A stretch of 64,000 bases of DNA from Schizochytrium sp. TIO01 (Eukaryota; Protista; Bigyra: Labyrinthulomycetes): contig SMSO01000033.1 of the NCBI GenBank assembly GCA_004764695.1, forward strand, positions 620,001 to 684,000, written 5' to 3'. This document shows, in pieces, positions 51,768 to 63,588 of this stretch; within the stretch, counting starts at the first letter, position 1; each line of letters begins with the position of its first letter. The position numbers and the translations under genes are program-made. The notes under the pieces are model-generated. The model searched no databases and was not told where the DNA came from. It saw only the letters and a list, made by a program, of their open reading frames with translations.

Positions 51768-54646
51768 CGCAGGAGCGGTGCTGCCAGAGGGTTTGCAGCT
51801 CCTCTGCACAGCTCTCGACTCACCTACGAGGGAGTGAATTCATCGTTTTTATCACATTCATTCGTTCATTCATTCCACTAATTTGCCAAAAACTTTTTTT
51901 ACATTTATTAACTCTTACTGTCCGTAAGAATAACAACTAATTAGCTACTTGGCCTTCGAATCACTTTAAAAAAGAAAAGAAAAAAATAATGATTGCTTTA
52001 TTCTTTCACAAATAGAGTAAAAGAAAAGAAAAACACGAGAGTAAGAAAAAAGGAACTTTCAAGCTAAAAACACAGATTACTCAACACCGCAAACCCAGCA
52101 AACTCTTCGGTCTGAGATGCAACGCAAGAGCACAGTAGCGGTGTAAATAATTGTGGCGTGAATATCTTGATAATGCACCATGTGGCGACAGGCGCTTTCA
52201 TGCTGTGGACCTGGCTTTGAAGAAGATTTCGTTCACAGATCTGGCCATCATTTCCCTCTTCTACCAATTTTTATTATTAGCTGTCGGTTTTTAGCATTCT
52301 TTCGATAGTAACAATGTGCTACCTATAACTGTAACAGTAGTAAGCAGCAAATATGAAAAGAACATGTCTTTCTGCAAAAGAGATAGAACTTGGTGTGCCT
52401 TGTGCCCCGGTTTAGACTGGCCTTGTTTACAGTGGGGCAGTTCGCTTGCATCCGGGACCCTCACTTATGAGCAAATCCCGCAATTGTGGCCAAAGATTAA
52501 TCAATTGCGCTTCATAGATTACTTTGGCGTTTCATGGTTGTCTCTCAGGTAGATTTGCGAAGCTAGCACTCACAGAGTGCTAAGGAAAAAGATAAGTATA
52601 CTGGTAGGAGTGGGGAGACCTAGTTTGAGAATATCCTCGGATTAGCCAATTGTGCCGGTGATGATAATTATTTGCTATCAAAATGGGATAAGAAAGTCAT
52701 ACTTGAGGGATTACAGTGCAAACCATAAACACAAAAGTCGCAATATAGCTTGAATGATGATCAAATGCAAGTACTCAATGCAGACTTCTTGCGATTGGAG
52801 CTCTGCAATCCGAACAGTGATGGAATAGTTGACCTTTGGTTGAAGGCACTACTACTTCCAACCTTGGCTTTTCATGGCTACAGGGACGAAGCTCTGCATT
52901 ACATCTGCAGGAAGGTATCGCCAGGCTTCTGGCACGGAGAGTAGAGCTTGAAACTCACTGTGCAGCTGGTTGTGTGTTCGAGCTAGATGACCGAAATCTA
53001 TATGACCAGATCGTGAAACTTTGAGAAGATTTGGAAGACAACCAACTTGAAGAAAACATAGTTCAAGTGCTACATAATTTGAGCCACTTCCTTACGTGCA
53101 ACTTGTAGGGTCATTTCAGCTACTTTGGAATTGGTCTAAATACCCTTGGTGGTACTGAGTTGTCGATTTGCATCACGATCTGCAACATAGGTAACTACCA
53201 TAGTACCCGAGGGTAGACTCCTTTTGCTTGAGGTAAAAAAATTATGTGCTCGGTTGAGGAGAAGGTAGCAGTTAATTTGCTTCCTATTCTCTCATGGACA
53301 GGCCAGGGTTGGACAAAGTGCTCCGTTCAAGCTGGAGCGTTAAAACGTTAAAAATGACGATGCGAGCAAACAAAATTCAGCATCTTTGCCTTTGCATATA
53401 CATTCTTCGTCTTCATAAGATTTAAGTCGTAATCGTTTGCTAATTAATGCAAGGTTTCATTTCGAAAACGCACAGTTCGCGCGCATTCACCACACACACG
53501 CATCTAAACCATAAAGTTCTGATTTATCGAACGTCCTCCATTCAAAGGTCCAGTAGATGAAAGACAGCACTCAAACTCTAGAGCAAGCTATCACATGGAG
53601 ATTTTGATAAAATATAATTGTAGCAAGTTATAATCACTTCAGTTATACCAGTGATGATGCTAATGGGACGTTCTATATGGAATTTTATAGTTTAACATGC
53701 TATCATTGAAAAATGTTGCCAGGTGTTACGAGTTAGAGTGAATTTAACTGCTATCTAACCGATTCAATATGGAGAAATCAACAAGAGCGTTAGTATCTGC
53801 TCGCAACCTAATACGCGATGTAGAGAAGAAAAATGTTCGAAGCGGATAGAGGTAGAATCACAACTAATAATCACTTGCAATTGTCCATCTAGTTTATCCT
53901 TTCTGTGCATTCGTACTAGCGGGCAAAATCCCAAGAACATTACTGCCAGTAATTTTTTAATTTGATATATTCCTCCAAATATAAAGCTTCGATATTTAAA
54001 AATTAAACTACTGTATCCCCCCCAAAAAAGCTGAATTGGTTGCAGCATTGTACCAATCCTTTACACACATACTTAAGGTCCACTATTACCATTCGCAGAA
54101 CTTTATTTCCCGTGCTTGGGAAGTTCTCTTCAGAATTTCAACGAAGGACACAAACACTTAATCCCCTCTCTTCTATCCGCATTCTCTAGATCCCATCCAC
54201 TTTTTATTCACCACATCATCCTCAGCTTTCATCTTATTCATAGCTCATGATTCGCAATCCACATTCATGACTTCTCTTCACATCCGCTTTTCATTCACTT
54301 CCAATGCTATGAGGGACGTTTAGAGAGAGTCTCTCTTTCTAACACCTCGTTCTGCTAAGGTTATACCACTCCTTAAATATTTGATTATACATATTTAAAA
54401 CTACACTGTCTTATTAGAAGACCCGTGTATTGGCATCGAGTGGCACTCGCCACTGGTGGGTCCTGACGACTAGTCCAGCAACTTGCGCGGCTCGACCACC
54501 CGCTGAGTGCCTTGTTACGCCTCCGGCTTGGATTCCTGCGTCTTTGGTGGGGCCTTTAGAGCTCGTCCTTCATAGGTGGTCTTGGTCAGCTCAGCTAACG
54601 TAGCTGTGTAGTGCATCGCCTAATTCTGCTCAGACTTAAGTAGAAG

Positions 54647-55651
54647 ATGGCGTCGGCGCAGGGTCTTGTGGCACTGCCGGTGCTATGCGGAGCTCTACCT
54701 GTAGAACTGGAGGCGTGGGCAGAGAAGGCTTCCCCGCGTCTTGGCCTCGCAGCGACCAAGAAGCGTAAGCGTCAGCAGGTTTCTGCCGAGCTCGCGCAGA
54801 CCGCCGAAGGCCGCAAGCTCGTAAAATACCTTTTTCTTAAGCTCCACGGCGCACAGAAACTTCGCGTTGGCAACACATTGAAAGCACAGGGGGGTGATTC
54901 TGAGGATGACGCCAGTAGTGACAGCGATGATGATAACGAGGATGAGGGCGCCACTCTGTTCGTGGCGAACGTTGGCGTGACTTGGACGCGTGATATTGTG
55001 CGTAAGGTGTTTGAGCTCTTTGGCGAGGTGGACTCGGTGGCTCTGGGCCAGTCGGGAACTTCTAGATTTGCTCGCGTGCAGTTTGCAACAAAAATGGGAG
55101 CTATGAGGGCCCTCGATAGAGCTGCGCTAGCGTCGAAGGAAGGACCTGTTGATGCGAGCGAAGCGTGGAAGAAAACAGGCGTGGAGGACGCAGAAGACAC
55201 CGAAGTTGCAACAAAATTGGCTAAAAGGTCCAAGAAGGTGCCCAGGTGGATGCAGCAGTATGAGACTGAGCGCCCCGGCATGACCAAGCTCAAAGAATCT
55301 TCGGAGTCCTACATGGAGCGTTTTGCAGAATTGGAGAAGGAGATCGAGATCCTGCGCAAGGAGCAGGAGAAACAAGTGGACGACGACGGGTTTACCATGG
55401 TCAGCTACCGCAAGGGATCCCGCGCGAGAGCGCCGACCGTGGCCAGCGAAAGCTCCGCAAAGGTCAGCCGCAAACTTACAGATGGTACTGGCAAGAAGAA
55501 AAATGCCAATGCTCCTCTTGCCGACTTTTACAAATTCCAAACACGCGATCAGAAGAAGAGCAAGCTTGCCGAGCTTCGTGCCAAGTTCGAGCAAGACAAA
55601 CAGCAAATCGAGCGCCTCAAGGCGTCCAGGCGCTTCCGTCCTCTGTCATAA
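54647..55651 (+). CDS. RRP7: Ribosomal RNA-processing protein 7 (RRP7A-like)
   Basis: RRM (TLFVANV...FGEV...FARVQF), VDDDGFTMV, DFYKFQTRDQK, LRAKFEQDKQQIERLKASRRFRP. Confidence 0.93.
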   Translation: MASAQGLVALPVLCGALPVELEAWAEKASPRLGLAATKKRKRQQVSAELAQTAEGRKLVKYLFLKLHGAQKLRVGNTLKAQGGDSEDDASSDSDDDNEDEGATLFVANVGVTWTRDIVRKVFELFGEVDSVALGQSGTSRFARVQFATKMGAMRALDRAALASKEGPVDASEAWKKTGVEDAEDTEVATKLAKRSKKVPRWMQQYETERPGMTKLKESSESYMERFAELEKEIEILRKEQEKQVDDDGFTMVSYRKGSRARAPTVASESSAKVSRKLTDGTGKKKNANAPLADFYKFQTRDQKKSKLAELRAKFEQDKQQIERLKASRRFRPLS

Positions 55652-56128
55652 ACGTTTTAGTCTTCAGGTGTTTTCATCGCCCACAATGTTGTTCTTTTTG
55701 GTATTTTGGCCTGCTATATTCGCTTACCTATGCGATAATCACGGCATGGCTGCTGCACTAACGCGCGCATAAGAAATATAGATACATAACTTTCCCTTGA
55801 ATGCTTAAAATAAATCATGTTTTGCAGCTTGCATTCGAAAATATATTTTGGATGAGCACTTGATTGATTAAAATATTAAAATGCTATCTATATGCATATG
55901 CATATGCATTCGCATTGGTGAAGTAATTTCATTGTTTGAAGGTCAATGAGAGAAGCTTATGATGATATCTTTTTCATATTTCCCGAAGAATCTACTACTC
56001 GAATCAAGCCTTTTCTGGCAATTCGCTTTCACCAAAAGCAAGATAAAGCTCTATGGTTGTAGCCCTTTAAAAAATATATTTTTTTAATGATTTTCTTTCT
56101 TAGCGTTGTGACAATATTTTCACTTTTG

Positions 56129-57451
56129 CTATGCGTCACGTCGTCTGCTGAGCTCTTCAAGAAGCTTTTGTGTTTCATGGTCCAGATCCCCCAAAGAGCT
56201 CGTTCCAAACGTATTAGGATTCTCGCTCGCAGAAACGTCCGAGTTTTTGGACGGGCGTCGCCGTCTCTTCCGATTAGAGTTCGACTGTACCAAAGCAGCT
56301 TGAGCATTCAACCTGGTTCGTTCCAAAGGATCAGGAAGAATAATTGATAAAATTGGTGACCGGGCATGTATGGCCTTGTGAACAGAAAACGCCTTTTTTT
56401 GATCACGTGCACGAAGCGAAAGATTATCATGCCCTAATAATGCAAGCTCTGCCTCACGAAGACTTCGTCCAGCTCGGGGAGACATGCGATTTCCTGAAAA
56501 TGCTCGTGTCTGAGGCGGCTCAGGCTGGATGGGATTTAGTGAAGCGATTCCAAGAAACTTGTTATCTGGCAAGATAAGAGGCGTATCTGGTTTTGGTTGC
56601 TCTGAGTTTAGCGAGTAGTTGCCAACACTTTTTCGAATACTAATGTTAGCCTTACTACTTCGGCTCCACGAGCGAGAATTACTATTACTTGAATGCGCGT
56701 TTAGATCATCATTTCCTGACACGGGCTCTGGTGGACGAAAGCTCGAGGTCGCTGATCCAAGTGCATCCTCCTTCTTGAGACGCTCGATTTCTTTCGCTTT
56801 ATTCTCCATTTCAAGCTTAAGCGCCCTCTTCGATTCAATATCGAAATTTGGCCCACGAAATACGTAGCATAGTTCGCCCTGGATACGGTTCCATAGCTCG
56901 CGAGGCGCAAATGGCGCTGGGTCTACGCTGGCTTTGAGCACCAAAAAGACAAATTGATAGATACATTCGAACAGTAGAACATCGTCATAGGTGTGCTCAA
57001 AATTACTGCATGCAAGCAAAAGTCGAGCATATGAGCGAGACATACATTCCAACCGCTCCTTTTGTTCACTCCTTGCAGCACAGAGCTCTGCATTAGCATC
57101 GAAATCAATTGGTTGATCACGTTGCATCAGAGCCTCATGACCATCAGTTACAGCATCGCGATGCTGCTGAGCAAGCCGCATTACCCTAATGTATGAGTAG
57201 AAATAAAAAATAGCGCTAGCTAAGAAGTTGCGCATGAGACTGCTTTTATACATGTCATAGAACCCGATGGGGATCTCCAGGTTGGCCTTGGTGCCATATT
57301 CACCGACAATCAAACCAAAGGCACTTTCGATTACCTCATTTAAATTAAACTTTCGCTGCCTTCCATCCTTGCCATTTGCACGACGGCTACCTCGACTATT
57401 CAACGAGTGGAATGAAAGCATACTTGGTGATGCTCTCATGAGACCAACCAT
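56129..57451 (-). CDS. PPP1R36-like protein (PPPI_inhib family)
   Basis: FLASAIFYF, YARLLL, DVLLFECIYQF...IQGELCYVFRGPNFD and RSPILSIILP resemble the conserved blocks of PPP1R36. Confidence 0.65.
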   Translation of the reverse strand: MVGLMRASPSMLSFHSLNSRGSRRANGKDGRQRKFNLNEVIESAFGLIVGEYGTKANLEIPIGFYDMYKSSLMRNFLASAIFYFYSYIRVMRLAQQHRDAVTDGHEALMQRDQPIDFDANAELCAARSEQKERLECMSRSYARLLLACSNFEHTYDDVLLFECIYQFVFLVLKASVDPAPFAPRELWNRIQGELCYVFRGPNFDIESKRALKLEMENKAKEIERLKKEDALGSATSSFRPPEPVSGNDDLNAHSSNSNSRSWSRSSKANISIRKSVGNYSLNSEQPKPDTPLILPDNKFLGIASLNPIQPEPPQTRAFSGNRMSPRAGRSLREAELALLGHDNLSLRARDQKKAFSVHKAIHARSPILSIILPDPLERTRLNAQAALVQSNSNRKRRRRPSKNSDVSASENPNTFGTSSLGDLDHETQKLLEELSRRRDA

Positions 57452-58112
57452 AGTGCGCGTCTCTTTTTAGCAAGTTCTGACTCCCCCACCTCTCCTGAAT
57501 GCTGTCTTTCCGAATCTTGTCACCTAGCCAGGTGCAGAAACGCAGCGCCCTCTGGGAAAGCAAGTAGTTTATTGTATATCAGTTTATACCTTCTATCTTG
57601 TAAAGCGAGACCGCAAAATAGTGCCCTTTTCAACTAGCGATAGCAGAACCAACTTAGTCAGCGAACCATACTAAATCCTGCGCGGAGGTCACTTGCGACT
57701 CCGCGCTTTCTGCGCAACGCATTTTTATTTTTAAACTTGCGCAACGCATTTGTTTTGGACTCTGGAGGCGTACGAGCCGAACTCTTGATGAGGCATAGCT
57801 GAGTGGCTTCAAGGTTCAGGTACATGTACGCACGCATGCATGCAGCGGACTATGGGGATTTCAATATCCCCTGACATCTTGATCATATTGATATAGCAAG
57901 AGTAGTCTAGTACGATGTTATGTGTATGTACGAAAGTTTTTGAGACTTTCAACAGTGGAAGAGGGTGATAGCAATACCTAAGAAATACTAGTAGAATTAC
58001 TTTTTTTAATTACCAAGAAGTATTTACTTGAGGAATGAATGAACAATGAGTATAGGTCTTATGAAGGAGAGATTTATTGTCAAATGTACAGGTCGTCTGG
58101 GTGTATTACAGG

Positions 58113-59402
58113 TTAAGTAGAGTCTGCATGGTTTGCGGTGCTGCACGAGTCAGTGTTAAGAAAATCAAGAACCTTTTCGTGCCAAAGCTCAAAATTCCAG
58201 AGATATTTGTTTTCTGGATCACCGTCTTTGAAAACACGCGAAAGCACCCGTAGTGGCTGGCCGCGCAAGTAAGGCTGAACTTCGAAGCTTTGCCCAATGG
58301 CCCGAAGTTGAAAATTTTCCATATCAAGCTTGTTGTTGAAAAAATCAAACGTGTATACTCTATCTGTGCGAAAAGAAAAATTTTCCAAGTTTGATTGTTT
58401 GGAAAAGAACTTTTTACGTTCTGCTCGACTCATAGACTCACCAAGCTCCACTGCACCAAAGTTCTCTTTTACCTCCATGTTTGGAGTAAGGTCTAAAGGC
58501 TCATCCGAAACATGCATTATTTGTACAGTTTGGGCCAGGGGGCTTAGCATATAGGTTTGGTCGCCGACGTAGATCTGCAAAAGTGGTGCGAGAAGCCGGA
58601 AAAACTTCACCACAGGCTTAAGAACAAATTGAGAGGGTCGTTTCACAGGTTTACAAAATTCTTGTCCAGTCTGCACATCAGCAAAGGCCAGTTCCTCCTT
58701 GAATTTGCCAGAAATCACTACGGAAGAAAGCCTCGAGCGTCCATCAAAATATTCACTGGCCTCAGGCAAACCTTGCATACGAAACATAGCTGTTCCAACG
58801 AAGAGGTTTGTTTCAAACGGAAATGCTACGCCTTGGGTAGACAAGGGGTTACCGATGTTGGTTTTACTGTCCCATCCATAATGGACCATGCTTTCCCTAA
58901 ACAAGAGAGGCTTTGTTGGCCAAAAGTCTGGATGGGGCAAGGTATTTGGACAGCTAAACTTATGCTTCATCTCGCCACCTTTCGCATCTCCATCCGAGCT
59001 AGCAAGCCTCAGCCCATCCGCATAAGTGTCAGCTACATTGATACAGGGCACTTCTGCGCTCCAAGTCGTCCAGACGATACTCCCAAACGAGCTTTTGCCG
59101 CTGCCTTCCGCAGACCATTCTGCATCCAGTGATTTTGACAAGCTTGACTCCGAGTCTCCCTCTTCCTCGTCTTCGTCTTCAGTCTTGTCCTCCTCCTCTT
59201 GATCCTCCACGGAGTCTTCAAGGTCGTCTTCGAGCTCTTCTTCGGTCTCGTTTTCAATTGACGCTGTACGTTCTCTGTTCCGGCCAGACTCTGTGTGCTC
59301 ATCTCTACTTGCAGCCAGTGTTATATTACAGCCAGCTTCTCTCGCGTGCGCACGAGACCCAGGCAGCAGGACAGCCTTCATAGCCTCCATCGTGCGGCCC
59401 AT
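58113..59402 (-). CDS. DUF1769-family protein with acidic N-terminus
   Basis: FPFETNLFVG, YFDGRSRLSSVVISGKFK, TGQEF, YMLSPLAQTVQ, RKKFFS, VYTFDFF, YLWNFELWHE. Confidence 0.85.
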   Translation of the reverse strand: MGRTMEAMKAVLLPGSRAHAREAGCNITLAASRDEHTESGRNRERTASIENETEEELEDDLEDSVEDQEEEDKTEDEDEEEGDSESSLSKSLDAEWSAEGSGKSSFGSIVWTTWSAEVPCINVADTYADGLRLASSDGDAKGGEMKHKFSCPNTLPHPDFWPTKPLLFRESMVHYGWDSKTNIGNPLSTQGVAFPFETNLFVGTAMFRMQGLPEASEYFDGRSRLSSVVISGKFKEELAFADVQTGQEFCKPVKRPSQFVLKPVVKFFRLLAPLLQIYVGDQTYMLSPLAQTVQIMHVSDEPLDLTPNMEVKENFGAVELGESMSRAERKKFFSKQSNLENFSFRTDRVYTFDFFNNKLDMENFQLRAIGQSFEVQPYLRGQPLRVLSRVFKDGDPENKYLWNFELWHEKVLDFLNTDSCSTANHADST

Positions 59403-60533
59403 CTTTCAACGAGCACAAGTTTATTCAAGGTTTGCTTTCTGAGACGACCTCGAACAAGTTCTCAACCAGCAAGTGAAAGAATTGAAATGAAATGAAATGA
59501 AGTAAAATCTCACAAAAATGAACGCGAATCACCCTTTTCCATAGCAGTCTTAATCACGCTTACCACAATGGAATGCACTAATCAAATCGATTGTAATCTC
59601 AACTCCCCGCCCAAATACCTGTGGCGTTCACGATAAACTGTACCAGGCGCTCGCTAGATGTTTGACATGAATGATCTGCACGTCTTTGCGGCTGCTGGAT
59701 GGCATAGGGGAGTTGGCAACTAACTGCACATAAATGATGGAGATCTTTGATCGTGTGGAATAAAGTGATGAGGAACTCGTGCTACTAGAAGGTCTGAGCA
59801 CATGAACCATGAAACAAAAGTAGCTGTATCTTGCGTAGGTATCGATTCGGAAGGAGTTGGTTGCTATAGACCGAGGATTTGTTGATGGTGGCGAATCTTT
59901 GGCACTGGCCAGAAGCACGATAGATACCTCGGTACTATTGTATTAGAAGACTTCGAGCCATCATCATTGTGAAGTATCTGGTGGGTGCCATTTTTAGTTC
60001 CCCCGCTTAATGTGCATATATTCATCTCAGCCGATAAGTTTCATAGTCTGCTTCTCTTTATGCAATGAAAAGTACGTATAATGGTGCGTGCAATAAAGGC
60101 GAAGGCTCAAGTTGGTCCTTGAGGCAAATTGAAACTTCGATACCTTCATGGGCAACGCATGTACGTTCGTACATCGAAATTATTTTTGTCTATGAAAAAT
60201 ATTTCAAGAGGAGCTGTTTTCGAACTGCTTTTTCCAATGAACTCAATAGTAGTGTAGGTACTACCTAAGTACTCTCGTTTTCTTGACTCGTCACCAGCGA
60301 TCGCGCACAGCAACCTCAAAGTCTACCTCAAAGTCAGAGCATGGTAAAGTTACAAATTAGGTATGTAATACGACACGGATATTTTTTTTTTTTTTTATAA
60401 GAATCAGAAATGACCTTGAAGAAGTTGGTCGAACAAAGTCAACAGACCGCCTTAGATCGCGAACTCCAGCAGCCTTGTTTGCCTTGTTTTCTCTTTGATC
60501 TTGAAAAGCTTCTAGGGCCCATTGCGGGGCAGC

Positions 60534-61082
60534 ATGTGTCGCCAGTGTGCAATAGAAGCGCTCCCAGATCGTGGACGCACGTGTCTAGATGGTGGCGCCT
60601 ACCTCATGAACTGGGCAGGATGCGGCTCCTGCGGCTCGAGAGACCTTCCTAAGATCGCCGAGCGTAGCATTGAAGAAGATGGTGCAGAGGATGACGAATT
60701 CTGTGAGCTAGAGGAAATTACGACTTTCAAGCACCTTTGCTCCGCCTGTGACCATTTCATCTGCGAGCATTTCCACAAATACGCTGCCACACAGTCGAGA
60801 CAGGACTTCTTCATGGAGTGCATTCTTTGTGGTCGTGGCACTGACGAGAAGAGGCTTGACGAGGACGCAACCCACATGAAGGCTGCTGATGAGGAAAGTA
60901 CTGTCACCATCTCCACAACTTCGGCCTCTCCTCCACTCCCAAACGACCCTGACAACATTGACCGACCATCTCCAGGCCAGGTTACGGCTGGCTTAGCCGC
61001 TATGGTAGCAAGCGTGCGGATTAATCATGGCGATAATGACACACTCTCACACGATGGATCTGACGACGACGAGTGGGACTAG
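60534..61082 (+). CDS. CHURC1: Churchill-domain zinc-binding protein with C-terminal extension
   Basis: MCRQC...PDRGRTCLDGGAYLMNWAGCGSC...EEITTFKHLCSACDHFICEH...QDFFMECILCGRG matches the Churchill Cys/His pattern. Confidence 0.9.
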   Translation: MCRQCAIEALPDRGRTCLDGGAYLMNWAGCGSCGSRDLPKIAERSIEEDGAEDDEFCELEEITTFKHLCSACDHFICEHFHKYAATQSRQDFFMECILCGRGTDEKRLDEDATHMKAADEESTVTISTTSASPPLPNDPDNIDRPSPGQVTAGLAAMVASVRINHGDNDTLSHDGSDDDEWD

Positions 61083-61377
61083 GCATCTTGCTCCACGGAA
61101 CCGATATAACTTCGAGATTTCGTTTATGCTTTCTGTGATAGTTCACATCTTTACTTTAAGGTAGTGTTAGAACGAGCCGCCCTTGAAAAGAGTTGGATTG
61201 CTTGTCTTAAATCGATGTTTTAGCGTCTTGGTTGTGCGTGTAATTCTTTGTATGCGATAAAATGAAAAGGATTGTTTAAAAAACGTGCAAGAAGTGTATG
61301 AAGACCTTATAAACTTTTGTTAAAGAGTGTTTGTTGATATGAACTTGCCGTTAATTAGCTTGACCGGCACTCCAGTT

Positions 61378-63588
61378 TTAATCATCTGCGATACGGGATT
61401 TTTTATTGTGGTGATCTGAAGTATCTTGGAAAGGATCATCCTCATCCACATCAAGGTCTTCACTATTATCTGCCCGATCGCCTTCACTTTGTGTCACGAA
61501 CATAATTTTCTTGCGTTTCGGAGTACGAAGGCTGATCAATGGCTTTTTGTTAGATACATCTGCACTATTTTCCTCCAAGTTCGCGCTGCCTTTTTGTTTA
61601 TGTGACCTGATGTCATCGTCCAGGTCACCATCAAGGGTTGCATCATGAGGAGAAGAGTCCATGAGAATTTCTTGGTCTTGATCATTTGAACTCGCTGCAT
61701 TAGACCCCTTTCCTGTTTCCACACCCTTGTTTACTCCATCAAGGGATTTGGTGACTTGGGGTTCACCGAGGTGTCTGCTAGCTACATTTTCCCCACTGCC
61801 CTTTTCTTCTTCATTATCATTATGCACGACGCTGATGCAATCATCTTCATTATTCCGAGTTTCGTTCATAGAAACGTCCATTGGATTCAGTGTTGCCAGA
61901 TTGGTATCAAGACCACCAGCTTCAAGAGTTTGCGGTTCCGCGCAGGCATTTTGATCATCATCATTTGTTTGATCACGGCCATCGTCTTCATCTTTTGGGG
62001 ACGAAACATGGCTAGGCTGATGGTTTATAAGATTTCCGAGACGCTCTCCTGTTACACATTCTTCGTTTTCCTCGGGAGCTTCACCTTCACCTTGAGTCGC
62101 AGGAACATAGGTTGACATGGGCATGGCATCATATTCGTTGATTTCTTCATCATCCTCGCTTCTCTCCCTTTCTTCGTCGAGCTCTCGCGCTTTTTGCTCT
62201 CTATCTTGTTTTGTACGCCAATTCGTCTGATTCTTCATTTCCTCATCACTAGAGACCTCTTCATCTTCCGGATCATCAGGGAGGAACTGAGTAGCTTGCA
62301 TCTCTGCTCGAGCAAGGGACTGGCGACCGGGGTTTGTAACAGGTCCACCAAGTGTTTCCGTGATTGCCTTGAAATTTTGGTCTTGAGATTCCTTCATTTC
62401 TGTCATTAGAGCAGACATTCGGTCCATAAATGTTTGCATTTGCTGAGGATGCGCAGCTTGAACGTCCTTAGCGGTCCGAACGGCACGTTTAAGTTTTTTC
62501 TCAAGTAGTTCGCTGTGCGCGGTAGATTCTTGCAACCTAGCTTTGAGTTTCCCATCTGCAGCCTGGCGTACGCGTTTCTTCTCCATTTCTAGCTGCTGGC
62601 GCACCAACTTGAGGCTCAGTTCAAGAGACCCTTTGTCCTCACGAAGTCGCGTGAGTTCCTTTTCCTGACGTTCATTGTCTTCCACAAGCTTGTTTGCTCG
62701 GTTTGCTTCCCTCGCAACCTGCGCTTCCAGCTCTGATGTTTTCTTTTGCATTTCACTTCGCAGTTCAAGTGCCATCATTTCTTTATCACTGTTCGCTTTC
62801 GCGAGCGATTCTTGTGCCTCGCTGACCTCCCCACGCAATACTTCAATCCTCTTTTGCAGTGCCTCTTCAGACTCTGTCGCAATCTGAATTCGTTTCTGCT
62901 CTGCTTGCAATTCCATCCTGACGTCTTCAAGTTCTTTGTCATATTCTGCCCGCAAAGCAGCTTCTGACGCCTCAAACTCTTTTCTCAGCTCTCGCATTTG
63001 CTCAATATACTTTGCATGTGCGTCTAAATCATTGGCATTGATCGGTGTCGCTGATCCTTCCGATTCCTTTTCTTTCGCTATAGCATTGGGAACCTTGGGC
63101 GTCGACGACTCATTAGAGCTTCTGCTAGAGTTTGTTCCAAGCCCAAGCTTTGCATTGTTGGGTTTCGTCGCGTGGTGTTGAGCAATTCTGCGTTCTTCGT
63201 CGCTCAAGGGTAGGAACTCGAATTGGTGAAGAACTTTGGCAGTCTCGTTTTTTGCGTGCATGGAGAGCACAATAGTATCACCTTTGCGCAGTGGACACCT
63301 TTTGCCTTTACCAACGCGTGAACGGTTGACCGAAGTGCCGTTCGTACTGGTGTCAAGCAATTCGTAGCGCTCACCTCCATGGTCGTCGGCGCGGATTCTA
63401 ACTATGGCGCAGTGTCTACCAGAGACAATGATTTCGCGGAGCACGAGCTGGCATTGGGAAGGGTCACGGCCAATCCAGAACTCATCGCGGGTCAGGGTTT
63501 CATCACCTTCGTCGTGGACCACTTCCCAGCTCTCATTTACAAGCGTGTGCCGTAGACGTGCCCACGCAACGCCTTCAGAGCTACTCAT
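61378..63588 (-). CDS. FHA-domain coiled-coil protein with acidic tail, probably nuclear
   Basis: WARL...IGRDP..C......VSGRHCAI...LLDTSTNGTSVN...LRKGDTI (FHA), ~200-aa coiled coil, and NLS-like PKRKK and KKSR. ATG at 63588. Confidence 0.88.
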   Translation of the reverse strand: MSSSEGVAWARLRHTLVNESWEVVHDEGDETLTRDEFWIGRDPSQCQLVLREIIVSGRHCAIVRIRADDHGGERYELLDTSTNGTSVNRSRVGKGKRCPLRKGDTIVLSMHAKNETAKVLHQFEFLPLSDEERRIAQHHATKPNNAKLGLGTNSSRSSNESSTPKVPNAIAKEKESEGSATPINANDLDAHAKYIEQMRELRKEFEASEAALRAEYDKELEDVRMELQAEQKRIQIATESEEALQKRIEVLRGEVSEAQESLAKANSDKEMMALELRSEMQKKTSELEAQVAREANRANKLVEDNERQEKELTRLREDKGSLELSLKLVRQQLEMEKKRVRQAADGKLKARLQESTAHSELLEKKLKRAVRTAKDVQAAHPQQMQTFMDRMSALMTEMKESQDQNFKAITETLGGPVTNPGRQSLARAEMQATQFLPDDPEDEEVSSDEEMKNQTNWRTKQDREQKARELDEERERSEDDEEINEYDAMPMSTYVPATQGEGEAPEENEECVTGERLGNLINHQPSHVSSPKDEDDGRDQTNDDDQNACAEPQTLEAGGLDTNLATLNPMDVSMNETRNNEDDCISVVHNDNEEEKGSGENVASRHLGEPQVTKSLDGVNKGVETGKGSNAASSNDQDQEILMDSSPHDATLDGDLDDDIRSHKQKGSANLEENSADVSNKKPLISLRTPKRKKIMFVTQSEGDRADNSEDLDVDEDDPFQDTSDHHNKKSRIADD

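Noticed and set aside
57701-57752. Direct repeat TGCGCAACGCATTT x2 upstream of the PPP1R36-like gene
   Set aside because: Only two short copies and none noticed elsewhere; no function can be supported.
59660-59920. Ankyrin-like fragment MNDLHVFAAAGWH
   Set aside because: Surrounded by stops and too short to distinguish from chance.
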